Of a DNA stretch of 64,000 nt, positions 53,301 through 62,799 are shown piece by piece. The first letter of the stretch is position 1, and the number at the start of each line of letters is the position of its first letter. The position numbers and the translations under genes were made by a program. The DNA lies in the IMG/VR virus record IMGVR_UViG_3300011113_000640, positions 186,001-250,000 of that record; one strand, written 5' to 3'. The notes under the pieces are model-generated. The model saw nothing but the letters and a program-made list of their open reading frames with translations, did no database searches and was not told where the DNA came from.

Positions 53301-54103
53301 CACGCGGTGTACTGATTTTTGCTTTCAACAACGAGCATGTGGACTATTTGAGCATGGCCGCTTGGTCAGCTCAACGAATTCACCGACACCTTGATTTACC
53401 TGTGTGTGTAGTAACCGACAGGACCGACGCCTGTGACAACAAACATTTTGATCGAGTAGTGCTAGTAGATCTGCCCAGCTCGGGCCGTCCACGCTATTTC
53501 AAAGACTACAAAAAAGTAGCAGTGTGGCACAACACCAATCGAGCCAATGCTTATGAATTGTCACCCTGGGACCATACTTTGGTCTTGGATGCGGACTATG
53601 TGGTGGCCTCCGATCAATTGGCCTGTTTGTTTGATGTTGACCAAGATTTTCTAGCCCATCGATGGGCGCATGATGTGTCCGGTCAAGGGGCATTCTACGA
53701 CAACAACTGGTTTGGCATGTATCGCATGCCCATGAGCTGGGCCACGGTCATGTGTTTCCAACGCAGTAAAAAAGCTCAATTCATATTTGACACCATGCAA
53801 ATGATACGCGACAACTGGGATCATTACCGACATCTTTATCACATTGGGGAAAACAGCTATCGCAACGATTACTCAATGAGCATAGCTCAAAATCTAGTGG
53901 ATGGACACACGCTGTCATCGCCACACATACCCTGGAGTCTGGTCACAGTTACTCCAGAAACCAAGCTGGAACAAGTTGATCAAGATACATACAAAATCAC
54001 CTATGAAACCGCAGAATCAAAAATCAAATGGATGTATTTGAAACAAGATTTCCATGCCATGGGCAAACAGGCCTTGGAGACCATAATTGCCGGTAACAGC
54101 TGA
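53297..54103 (+). CDS. Putative GT-A glycosyltransferase (GT8-like)
   Basis: RGVLIFAFN, AYELSPWDHTLVLDADY (DxD), WATVM, YRND. Confidence 0.7.
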   Translation: MTRGVLIFAFNNEHVDYLSMAAWSAQRIHRHLDLPVCVVTDRTDACDNKHFDRVVLVDLPSSGRPRYFKDYKKVAVWHNTNRANAYELSPWDHTLVLDADYVVASDQLACLFDVDQDFLAHRWAHDVSGQGAFYDNNWFGMYRMPMSWATVMCFQRSKKAQFIFDTMQMIRDNWDHYRHLYHIGENSYRNDYSMSIAQNLVDGHTLSSPHIPWSLVTVTPETKLEQVDQDTYKITYETAESKIKWMYLKQDFHAMGKQALETIIAGNS

Positions 54104-54827
54104 ACGCGGCTATGTCATACCGGCCATAAATTCAGGCCAGGTTGATTTTGTGGCCTGTGCCGAACAGTTAGCAGACAGTCTACGCCAATATCACCCCGAC
54201 GCCAACATAACCATACTCACAAAAGAAATGTTGCCATACGGTGATCAGGGTGGTTGGGCCAATGATTGGCAGTGTTTTCAAGCCAGCCCTTACCGACAGA
54301 CCATCAAACTGGAAGCCGACATGTTGGTAACCAGTCCTGTTGATCATTGGTGGACCTTGTTTGAAAACCGCGATGTTGTGATCAGTCAAGGTTGCAGAAA
54401 TTTTTACAACGAATCTGCCACATCAAGAAAATACCGACAGTTGTTTGACAACAACCAACTGCCCGATGTTTACAATGCTATAACCTACTGGCGTCTCAGT
54501 GCTACAGCGCAAGAATTTTTTTCGCGGGTGCGAGAGATATTTGAAAACTGGGAACGATTCAAATGTCTTTTAAAATTCCCCGATGAAGCGCCCAGCACTG
54601 ATGTGGTCTATGCCATGGTAGCAGTGATCATGGGACCAGAACGAGTGATGTTGCCGCAAGGACTAGGGCCGTCGATAACGCACATGAAACAGTCAATCAT
54701 TCCTACGCAAACATCTGACTGGACCAAAGAACTGGTCTGGGAAAATACAGATCCAGGCTTGCGTGTACAGACTGTGGCACAGTCGGGATTGTTTCACTAT
54801 CACATCAAAGATTGGAGAGCAACATGA
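54087..54827 (+). CDS. Putative GT-A glycosyltransferase, paralog of the upstream gene
   Basis: RGYVIPA, ASPYRQTIKLEADM (ExD), STDVVYA, THMK. Confidence 0.65.
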   Translation: MPVTAERGYVIPAINSGQVDFVACAEQLADSLRQYHPDANITILTKEMLPYGDQGGWANDWQCFQASPYRQTIKLEADMLVTSPVDHWWTLFENRDVVISQGCRNFYNESATSRKYRQLFDNNQLPDVYNAITYWRLSATAQEFFSRVREIFENWERFKCLLKFPDEAPSTDVVYAMVAVIMGPERVMLPQGLGPSITHMKQSIIPTQTSDWTKELVWENTDPGLRVQTVAQSGLFHYHIKDWRAT

Positions 54828-55096
54828 GTGATGATTCGCAACGTATCAAACACAGCCGACGCATCAGCAGAACACGTGATGCAGAATTGCGCCAGGTCAG
54901 AATAGCCCGGGCCCATGGTATCACTGTAAAAGAATATCATAGATATGCCAAACATCACGCCATGAACTGTGGCCGTCCAAATTGTTTGCTTTGCACAAAT
55001 CCCCGTCGCACCTGGAAAGAAAAAACCATACAGGAAAAAAGTTTCGAGGGGCAGATACGTGCCGATCAGAGAAAACCCGACGACCATGATGACTGA
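54824..55096 (+). CDS. Small basic protein with a His/Cys motif
   Basis: HHAMNCGRPNCLLCTNPR. ATGA-coupled start. Confidence 0.65.
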   Translation: MSDDSQRIKHSRRISRTRDAELRQVRIARAHGITVKEYHRYAKHHAMNCGRPNCLLCTNPRRTWKEKTIQEKSFEGQIRADQRKPDDHDD

Positions 55097-55442
55097 ACAA
55101 GAGTTTTTAGAGATATGGCTTAGTCAAACCGTTACTCAAGTTGAAATTGAATATCGACTCTACTATGATGCGCAAGGATGGCCCTTATTTTACAGCACCG
55201 AACAGGTAGAAGGTAATTACATTGTTGTTGACCGACAAACATACCTAGACAGCCCCAAGCACATTCGAATTGTCGAAGGTAAAATCAAACGCATCAAAGT
55301 TTTATTTGGAAAAAAATTAGTACCTGCGGAACAGGGACAATCCTGTGATTCAGCAGATGTGTGTGTGATAGTCGCAGATCAGTTGTCCAGTAAAAAATGG
55401 GCCATAAAACACGAGGAACCCGAGGAAGATGAAGCAAGTTGA
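55086..55442 (+). CDS. Hypothetical protein
   Basis: Start at MMTEQEFLE; contains EYRLYYD. Overlaps both neighbours in the operon. Confidence 0.65.
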   Translation: MMTEQEFLEIWLSQTVTQVEIEYRLYYDAQGWPLFYSTEQVEGNYIVVDRQTYLDSPKHIRIVEGKIKRIKVLFGKKLVPAEQGQSCDSADVCVIVADQLSSKKWAIKHEEPEEDEAS

Positions 55443-56358
55443 CATAGCAGATTTAGATTGCATATATTTGACCTATGATGAGCCACAGAAAGAGGAATTC
55501 TGGGTGCGAATCAAGAACATGATTCCCTGGGCCAAACGAGTAGATGGAGTCCAAGGAAGTGACGCTGCACACAAAGCAGCCGGCGAGGCCAGCGACACTG
55601 AACGTTTCATATTGATCGATGGCGACAACATACCCAATGAACGTTTTTTTAACCTGACCTTGGAATTGCCAGATGGCGAATGGGAAAATGCTGTATTCCG
55701 CTGGCGGGCGAGAAATCATGTCAATGGCCTTATGTATGGCAATGGTGGAATCAGTTCGTGGACTAGAACTCATGTGCGTAACATGCGCACCCACGAAGCT
55801 TCCGAAGGAGCCACCGAAACCGAAGTAGAATTTTGTTTTCATCCACTATATTGGCCCATGCACGATTGTTACAGTACAACATATCCCAATGGCAGTGCCT
55901 TCCATGCCTGGCGTGCTGGATTCCGTGAAGGTGTCAAGATGTGCTTGAATTATGGAGCCAGACCCACAGTGTCTGCTTTCCGTGAGCGAGTGCATCAACG
56001 CAATCTTGATCACTTGACCATATGGCACAATGTGGGTCGTGATGTAGAACATGGAATCTGGGCCATAGCCGGCAGCAGGATGGGCACTTACATGACCATG
56101 ATCACGCCGCAGTGGGATCATCGCATGGTGCAAGACTTCGCAGAATTACAAAAACTTTGGGACACAGTCAAAGATTCGAACCCAGAAATCGTATGTGGTC
56201 GTGTGGCCGAAGATCTTGCTACACAGTTGAATCTGCCCATGACGGTAATGCAGGCTCCAGAAAGTGTTTTTTTCAAACAACACTATAGGTCAAACTGGCA
56301 CAATCAAGGTGTCATGGTTAGAGAAATGGATGTGATTCGGAGGCAAGAAGGGTGGTAA
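55429..56358 (+). CDS. Putative glycosyltransferase-like protein (DxD)
   Basis: YLTYDEP, RVDGVQGSDAAHKAA, FILIDGDN, NGLMYGNGG, AWRAGFREGVKM. Confidence 0.6.
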   Translation: MKQVDIADLDCIYLTYDEPQKEEFWVRIKNMIPWAKRVDGVQGSDAAHKAAGEASDTERFILIDGDNIPNERFFNLTLELPDGEWENAVFRWRARNHVNGLMYGNGGISSWTRTHVRNMRTHEASEGATETEVEFCFHPLYWPMHDCYSTTYPNGSAFHAWRAGFREGVKMCLNYGARPTVSAFRERVHQRNLDHLTIWHNVGRDVEHGIWAIAGSRMGTYMTMITPQWDHRMVQDFAELQKLWDTVKDSNPEIVCGRVAEDLATQLNLPMTVMQAPESVFFKQHYRSNWHNQGVMVREMDVIRRQEGW

Positions 56359-57770
56359 ACAACAAAGGTGACGAAGTTACCAAAGAGTTTAAAAGTGTTT
56401 TTTTAAACAGCGCAGAACAAATGCAACAGGCTCTAGGCAAAGGTTTGTGCCTGGCCAAGTGGAAACAGGTCAGCCTGCACTTACCCACAGGATTAAATAA
56501 CAGTTGCTATCATCCACCCTTGCACGAAATACCCGCTGAATTATTGGCAGATAATCCCAGCGCCTTACACAATACTCCATACAAAAAACAACAAAGAAAG
56601 ATCATGCTCAAGCATGAAAGACCCACGGAATGTGGATACTGCTGGGCCATGGAGGATAATGGCAAACTCAGCGATCGTCATTATAGATCAGGCGAGCCTT
56701 GGGCCGCTAAAGATTTTGATAGTATTATAAATTCAACCGGAGATGAGGATGTTGTACCTAGTTATGTTGAAGTTAACTTTAATCACGCTTGTAATTTGGC
56801 ATGTAGCTACTGTAGTCCTCAATTTAGTTCAACCTGGCAACAAGAAATGGATCAGCATGGCGCTTATCCTACTAGCACTAGACACAACGATCCTAGTCAT
56901 TTTGTTGGCCGCAACCGTCCTATCCCCGTTAGAGAAGATAATCCTTATGTAGATGCCTTCTGGTCTTGGTGGCCCGCACTGTATCCAGAACTCAAACATT
57001 TCCGCATGACCGGCGGCGAGCCTATGTTGGACAAAAATACCTATCGTGTGTTTGATTATGTGTTGGCCAATCCCAAACCAGACTTACATTTAAATGTAAC
57101 CAGTAACTTCAGCGTGGATGAGAAGTCGTGGCAGAAGTATTTAGGCTATGTCAAAGAGCTATGTGAAGGCGAACGGATCGAACACTTCATGCAGTACATT
57201 AGTCTCGATAGCTTTGGACCTCAAGCCGAATACATCAGACACGGCTTGGATTTTGATTTGCTGTGGGATCGTGTGAATCAATTCTTGACAGAGATCCCGG
57301 GCCGTAACAGCGTAACATTTATTGTGACCATGAACAATTTAAGTGTCACAGGCTTACCACATTTGTTTGCTGGCATACTGGGACTTAGAAAGATCTATTC
57401 AACAACCTATCAACGAGTATGGTTTGACACACCAGTGCTACGTCAACCCACCTGGCAAAGTCTGCAACTGTTGCCAGAAAGCTATGTGGAGCAACTGGAA
57501 CATCTCTGGGCCTGGATGATACGACAGATCGAAACTGAATCAACCCGCTTCCAAGGATTCAAAGACTATGAGATAGCACGCCTGGATCGTGACATAGCCT
57601 GGATGCGCGACGGACAGAAACTAGATTCTGCATACGTCAAACAAAACAAGGCAGATTTTTATAAATTCTTTGCCGAGCATGATCGCCGTCGTGGCACTGA
57701 CTTTCTACGGACTTTTCCTGAAATGAAGACCTGGTGGGCAGAATGTGAGTATCATGCTAGGCAATCGTAA
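56352..57770 (+). CDS. Radical SAM protein with an N-terminal twitch-like domain
   Basis: CLAKW...SCYH...CGYC; CNLACSYC; TGGEP. Confidence 0.9.
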   Translation: MVNNKGDEVTKEFKSVFLNSAEQMQQALGKGLCLAKWKQVSLHLPTGLNNSCYHPPLHEIPAELLADNPSALHNTPYKKQQRKIMLKHERPTECGYCWAMEDNGKLSDRHYRSGEPWAAKDFDSIINSTGDEDVVPSYVEVNFNHACNLACSYCSPQFSSTWQQEMDQHGAYPTSTRHNDPSHFVGRNRPIPVREDNPYVDAFWSWWPALYPELKHFRMTGGEPMLDKNTYRVFDYVLANPKPDLHLNVTSNFSVDEKSWQKYLGYVKELCEGERIEHFMQYISLDSFGPQAEYIRHGLDFDLLWDRVNQFLTEIPGRNSVTFIVTMNNLSVTGLPHLFAGILGLRKIYSTTYQRVWFDTPVLRQPTWQSLQLLPESYVEQLEHLWAWMIRQIETESTRFQGFKDYEIARLDRDIAWMRDGQKLDSAYVKQNKADFYKFFAEHDRRRGTDFLRTFPEMKTWWAECEYHARQS

Positions 57771-58935
57771 ATTAATCATAGACGATCACTCCGAGGTTTA
57801 TAGAGAACTGTGGCCTTGGGCCGACGGCGAGTTTTGGGATATCACCCAACACCAGATTGTTCCAGGTGCAGTTTACATATTTTGTAGAGAGCATGTCAAC
57901 AAATACAATTATGAAATACAACAGCTGGCTCGCAGTGACCAGGTAACTGTGGTCATAGAAAATGCTGCCGAAGGTTCCGAAACTCTGGTAACCTGGTGTT
58001 TTATCAAAGGGTTAGTGCCACTGATTGAACAAGGCAAGATCCTGCTCATAGGCGGCGGGGACATGGATCCTGACAAGTGGCCCTACATGAGCTACGAATA
58101 TTTCCTGCCAAAGATCTTTGATTTTGATGAAAATGTCGAAGCCGGCGCCAGGCTAGATAAATATTTCAGTCAAACAGTTAAACCTTATAAATTTTTGTTT
58201 TTGAATGGCCGACTGCGAGCACATAGGAAATATCTACAGGAAAGATTCCGGACCACTGGCGTTTTAGAACAAAGCCTGTGGACCAACCTTGACACAGATC
58301 TTGCCTTGATCAAAAGCGTACCACAACAACGTTGGCAAAATTTCAACAATCTCAAATCCGTAAAATTGGAATATTTGCACAATGGCGTTGACATGATAGA
58401 AGCGCCAACATCCTTGAAACTGCTATCCGAGTCCTATGAGGCACCCAGATTCAGGACCAATCTTGACAAGATACCCAGTGGTGGAAATGTCAAACGCAAC
58501 TTGTTTGACAATGCCTGGGGAGATGCCACAGTAGATGGTAACGCCTACAGAGACACCTATTTCAGCCTGGTCACCGAGACAGTGTTTAACTATCCCTACA
58601 GTTTTAGGACAGAAAAGATCTGGAAACCCATGGCTGTAGGGCATCCTTGGATAGCAGTGGCTAACACAGGTTTCTATAGAGATCTACACCACATGGGATT
58701 CAAAACATTTGCACATGTCTTAGATGAATCATTTGACTCAATCGCAGACAACCAATCGCGTATTGAAAGAATAGCACAGGTCGTGGAAGACTTATGTCGC
58801 CAAGATCTTGCAAGTTTCTATCAAGAATGCTATAATGTATGTAAATACAATCAACAGCATTATGCGGAATACAGACACCGTGTTCCGCAAGAACTTCCGC
58901 AACAGTTCCAACGATTTATAGAAAAATATCAATGA
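57754..58935 (+). CDS. Putative glycosyltransferase-like protein (GT10/exostosin-like C-terminus)
   Basis: FLFLNGRLRAHR, LVTET...RTEKIWKP...GFKTF...DESFD. Paralog of 18099..19256. Confidence 0.55.
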   Translation: MLGNRKLIIDDHSEVYRELWPWADGEFWDITQHQIVPGAVYIFCREHVNKYNYEIQQLARSDQVTVVIENAAEGSETLVTWCFIKGLVPLIEQGKILLIGGGDMDPDKWPYMSYEYFLPKIFDFDENVEAGARLDKYFSQTVKPYKFLFLNGRLRAHRKYLQERFRTTGVLEQSLWTNLDTDLALIKSVPQQRWQNFNNLKSVKLEYLHNGVDMIEAPTSLKLLSESYEAPRFRTNLDKIPSGGNVKRNLFDNAWGDATVDGNAYRDTYFSLVTETVFNYPYSFRTEKIWKPMAVGHPWIAVANTGFYRDLHHMGFKTFAHVLDESFDSIADNQSRIERIAQVVEDLCRQDLASFYQECYNVCKYNQQHYAEYRHRVPQELPQQFQRFIEKYQ

Positions 58936-60269
58936 CGGATTTAGAATTTCGTAGACAACACCTTGACACCAAAAGTGCCAGCTTCTGTGGCGCCAAATGG
59001 TACAATGCCACCATATGGTTGGGATCTGGTCAGACCACCAGTTGTCATCATCCACCAGCTCATGCCATAGACACAGAAGCTATCAAAACCAATCCCAAGG
59101 CCATACATAATACCCCACAAAAGAAACAAGATCGAAATCAAATGCAACAGGGACAACGTCCTGCCGGATGTGAATACTGTTGGAAGATTGAAGACATGGG
59201 AGTGGATGCCATCAGTGATCGTGTGTATAAAAGCAAAATATATTCCATAGAGGCCTTGGATGAAGCATACAACAAAGACTCTCAAGAGGACATGAATCTT
59301 CGTACTCTTGAAATAGCGTTTGACCGCACTTGTCAATTTGCTTGTAGTTATTGCAATCCTGCCTTTAGTTCAACCTGGGTCAAGGATATCAAAAACAACG
59401 GTGCTTACACAAATCTTGTCAGTGATGGTCGCAATCATTTCACACACAAACACGACAGTGCTCAGTTGTATCAATTTGGCGAAACCAATCCTTACGTAGA
59501 AGCCTTCTTTGCTTGGTGGGAGTCTGACCTACACAAGACCTTGCAGGAGTTGAGAATCACTGGAGGAGAACCTACCATGAGTGGCGAGCTGTGGAAGTTG
59601 ATTGACTGGTTCAAATCCAACAAAGGAAAAAGCTCAACTCGGTTGGCCATCAACAGTAACTTGGGCATGGATAGACCAAAGCTGTTTGAATTTAGAGATG
59701 CTTTGAAGGACATTCCGCACGTGGAAATCTACACCAGCATGGAAGCGGTAGGAACGCAGGCTGAATACATACGAGACGGCCTGGACTATGATCTATGGAT
59801 GCACAACGTACAAGAACTTCTTGAACACGATCACATACGTGCAGTCCACTGTATGGCTACCATCAATGCCCTGTGCCTGGACAGTTTGGATGAATTTTTA
59901 GATCAATGGATACGATTGAAAAAGGTGTATGGCCGCGAAAGAGTGAACTACACATTGAATATATTACGTTTTCCCAGTTTTCAAAGTCCGTTGGTGTTGC
60001 CAAAAAATCTTTTGGAACTCTACAGTGATAAGTTAACCCAGTGGTTGGATCAACATCGTGATCAACCATACATGCATGAACATGAAATCAATCACATGAC
60101 TCGTTTGATCGAGTATCTAAATCGTGTAAAAAAACCACACAGCGAAGCATTTGAAATGCCCAAACTTTTCAATGACTTTAAACAATTTTACACACAATAC
60201 GATCAACGTCGCAACAAAATTTTTGTTGCGACATTTCCTCGCTTGGCAGAATGGTATCAAACACTATGA
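58932..60269 (+). CDS. Radical SAM protein with an N-terminal twitch-like domain
   Basis: CGAKW...SCHH...CEYC; CQFACSYC; TGGEP. Confidence 0.9.
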   Translation: MTDLEFRRQHLDTKSASFCGAKWYNATIWLGSGQTTSCHHPPAHAIDTEAIKTNPKAIHNTPQKKQDRNQMQQGQRPAGCEYCWKIEDMGVDAISDRVYKSKIYSIEALDEAYNKDSQEDMNLRTLEIAFDRTCQFACSYCNPAFSSTWVKDIKNNGAYTNLVSDGRNHFTHKHDSAQLYQFGETNPYVEAFFAWWESDLHKTLQELRITGGEPTMSGELWKLIDWFKSNKGKSSTRLAINSNLGMDRPKLFEFRDALKDIPHVEIYTSMEAVGTQAEYIRDGLDYDLWMHNVQELLEHDHIRAVHCMATINALCLDSLDEFLDQWIRLKKVYGRERVNYTLNILRFPSFQSPLVLPKNLLELYSDKLTQWLDQHRDQPYMHEHEINHMTRLIEYLNRVKKPHSEAFEMPKLFNDFKQFYTQYDQRRNKIFVATFPRLAEWYQTL

Positions 60270-61582
60270 CAAAAATTTTAGGCAAATACAACTGGAATGA
60301 TCGAGTACCTAGTTATATTCCGTTGGAGCAGTTGACAGACGTTCAGCGTCATAGGCTCATAGACAGTGAAACATTTTGCATGTTGCCTTGGATACACTTG
60401 CATGCCTGGCCCGATGGACGTGCATATCCCTGTTGCATGGGTCGAGCCCAGCATTCTGTAGGCAACTTCAAAGAAAAGCCCATGCGTGAAATCTGGAATG
60501 ATCAACCCATGCGCGAGATGCGCTTAAACATGCTGGAAGATAAACCTTGTGCCGAGTGCGGTCACTGTTATGAACAAGAGAAATCTGGATTTGCCAGCAT
60601 GAGAAACAATTCAAACAAGAATTTTGGACAACACATTCAAAAAATAGATGATACCCGTGCCGACGGCAGTCTGCCTGATTTTAAACTACACTATTGGGAC
60701 GTGCGATTTAGCAATATCTGTCAACTGAAGTGCCGCAGCTGTGGAAGCATATTCAGCAGTCGCTGGTATGACGATGATGTCAAACTCTGGGGCAAAGAGC
60801 TAAGACCTCGTGTGAGCTTTGCTGGACGACACGAAGAGGATGTATGGGAGCAGATGCAGGAACATGTTCCCCACTTGGACCAGATATACTTTGCTGGCGG
60901 TGAGCCCTTGATCATGGAGGAACATAATCGCATACTTAAACTGCTGATTGAAAAAGGCAACACCAAGGTGCATTTGATCTACAATACCAATCTCAATGAA
61001 CTGCGATACAAACGTGAATCGGTGTTGGACCTGTGGAAGCATTTTCCTAATATTTGTGTAGCGGCCAGTTTAGATGACATGGGAGCTCGGGCTGAAATCA
61101 TACGCAGCGGTACTGATTGGGACAAAGTAGAACAAAACATTAGAGATTTAAAACGAGAATGTCCGCATATAGATTTCATGATCAGTCCCACCCTGAGTGT
61201 CATGAACATCTGGAACTTTACACGATTTCATCGTTACATGGTCGAGTCTGGATTTATTGAAGCCAAAGATTTCAACTTGAATATCTTACAAGGGCCCAAG
61301 GAATATAGAATAGACTTGTTACCTCAGGATATAAAGTTTCGTTTCAAGCAAGAATTTGAACAACATATCGAATGGTTACGCCCCTTGGATACAATACAGC
61401 GAGCAACTGGCGGATTTGAAGCTGCCATACAGTTCATGATGGCACAAGATAACAGTTATTTGCTTGGCGAGTTTTGGGAAACCACCAGCGATATGGATTG
61501 GAGTCGTGATGAACGTTTGATCTCGGCTGTTCCTGAACTGGCCGAAATATTACAATACAAACCAGCACACACACGAGTATGA
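60266..61582 (+). CDS. Radical SAM protein with an N-terminal twitch-like domain
   Basis: CMLPW...PCC...CGHC; CQLKCRSC; AGGEP. ATGA-coupled start at 60266. Confidence 0.9.
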   Translation: MTKILGKYNWNDRVPSYIPLEQLTDVQRHRLIDSETFCMLPWIHLHAWPDGRAYPCCMGRAQHSVGNFKEKPMREIWNDQPMREMRLNMLEDKPCAECGHCYEQEKSGFASMRNNSNKNFGQHIQKIDDTRADGSLPDFKLHYWDVRFSNICQLKCRSCGSIFSSRWYDDDVKLWGKELRPRVSFAGRHEEDVWEQMQEHVPHLDQIYFAGGEPLIMEEHNRILKLLIEKGNTKVHLIYNTNLNELRYKRESVLDLWKHFPNICVAASLDDMGARAEIIRSGTDWDKVEQNIRDLKRECPHIDFMISPTLSVMNIWNFTRFHRYMVESGFIEAKDFNLNILQGPKEYRIDLLPQDIKFRFKQEFEQHIEWLRPLDTIQRATGGFEAAIQFMMAQDNSYLLGEFWETTSDMDWSRDERLISAVPELAEILQYKPAHTRV

Positions 61583-62799
61583 AACTACCACACGAAAAAT
61601 TCTGTGTACTACCTTGGGTCAGCCTGGAAGCCAGTCCCATTGGCACGGTCAGACCCTGTTGCTTGGCCGATGATGAAATTGTGGACAACAACGGAGAAAA
61701 ATTCAATCTTGCCGCAGCCAATTTTGCCAACATACAAAACAGCAACGACATGCGCAGTTTACGTCAACAATTTTTGGATGGACAACAACCACAGACCTGT
61801 AGAAAATGCTGGCGTGAAGAGCGCAGTGGCCGCACCAGTAAACGTCAGCATACCTTGGACAGATTAAAACACATCTTGGCCGACCATGATTCGTGGACAG
61901 CAGATGCCAAGCCATTGATATTTTTAGATCTCAAACTGGGCAATATCTGCAATCTCAAATGCCGAATCTGTGGTAGTTGGAGTTCCAGTACATTTGCCAC
62001 CGAAGAGTTACAATGGCTCAAACGCGGTGAAGACAAAAAACAAAGCCATCACTATCAAATGTTGCGACAAGGTGCTTGGCCCAGAGAAAATCAGCAGTTT
62101 TGGTCAGAGATAGATCAGATAGTGAATCAAATACGATACATAGAATTCACTGGTGGCGAACCTTTCATGATACAAGAACACTTTGACATGTTGCAAGGGT
62201 TGATAGATCGTGGCATAGCCCATCAGGTAGAAATACACTACAACACCAATGGAACCCAATGGCCAGAACAAGCCGAAGCGATATGGCGTCATTTCAAAAC
62301 TGTTGAGATTGCGTTCAGCATTGATGATGTGGGTGCTAGATTTGAATATCAACGGACCAATGCAGTTTGGGATGAAGTAGTGGCCAACATTGAAAAATTT
62401 AAACAGTTGCGTCAACGTCACAGCAACATAAAACTACAAGCGTGCATCACAGTCAATGTTTTCAATGTATATTATTTGGAATCAGTGGCCTTATGGGTTG
62501 CACAGCAAGGTTTTAATTTCGTTTATTGGAACATGTTGCATGATGCATATTATTTTAGCATAGCCACACTGCCAGAATCAGCCAAGATTGGAATAGCCAA
62601 AAAATTACAACAGGCACAGGTACCAGAATCAATCCGACGAGAGTTTGAAAAAATAATTGAATTTATGAACAACGGTGCTGGTCTTGATGGCAAGTTATTG
62701 AAAATTAGAACCACAGATTTTGACTACAAACGCGGTCAAAACTTGGCCGTGGTTGCACCTGAATATGCTGCCCTGATAGATTATGCCGGCCCCAATTAA
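61579..62799 (+). CDS. Radical SAM protein with an N-terminal twitch-like domain
   Basis: CVLPW...PCC...CRKC; CNLKCRIC; TGGEP. Confidence 0.9.
   Translation: MKLPHEKFCVLPWVSLEASPIGTVRPCCLADDEIVDNNGEKFNLAAANFANIQNSNDMRSLRQQFLDGQQPQTCRKCWREERSGRTSKRQHTLDRLKHILADHDSWTADAKPLIFLDLKLGNICNLKCRICGSWSSSTFATEELQWLKRGEDKKQSHHYQMLRQGAWPRENQQFWSEIDQIVNQIRYIEFTGGEPFMIQEHFDMLQGLIDRGIAHQVEIHYNTNGTQWPEQAEAIWRHFKTVEIAFSIDDVGARFEYQRTNAVWDEVVANIEKFKQLRQRHSNIKLQACITVNVFNVYYLESVALWVAQQGFNFVYWNMLHDAYYFSIATLPESAKIGIAKKLQQAQVPESIRREFEKIIEFMNNGAGLDGKLLKIRTTDFDYKRGQNLAVVAPEYAALIDYAGPN

Noticed and set aside
54824-55096. Cys-containing small protein as a RiPP precursor for the radical SAM cluster
   Set aside because: It looks like a basic metal-binding protein. 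No leader/core pattern, RRE domain, protease or transporter is visible.
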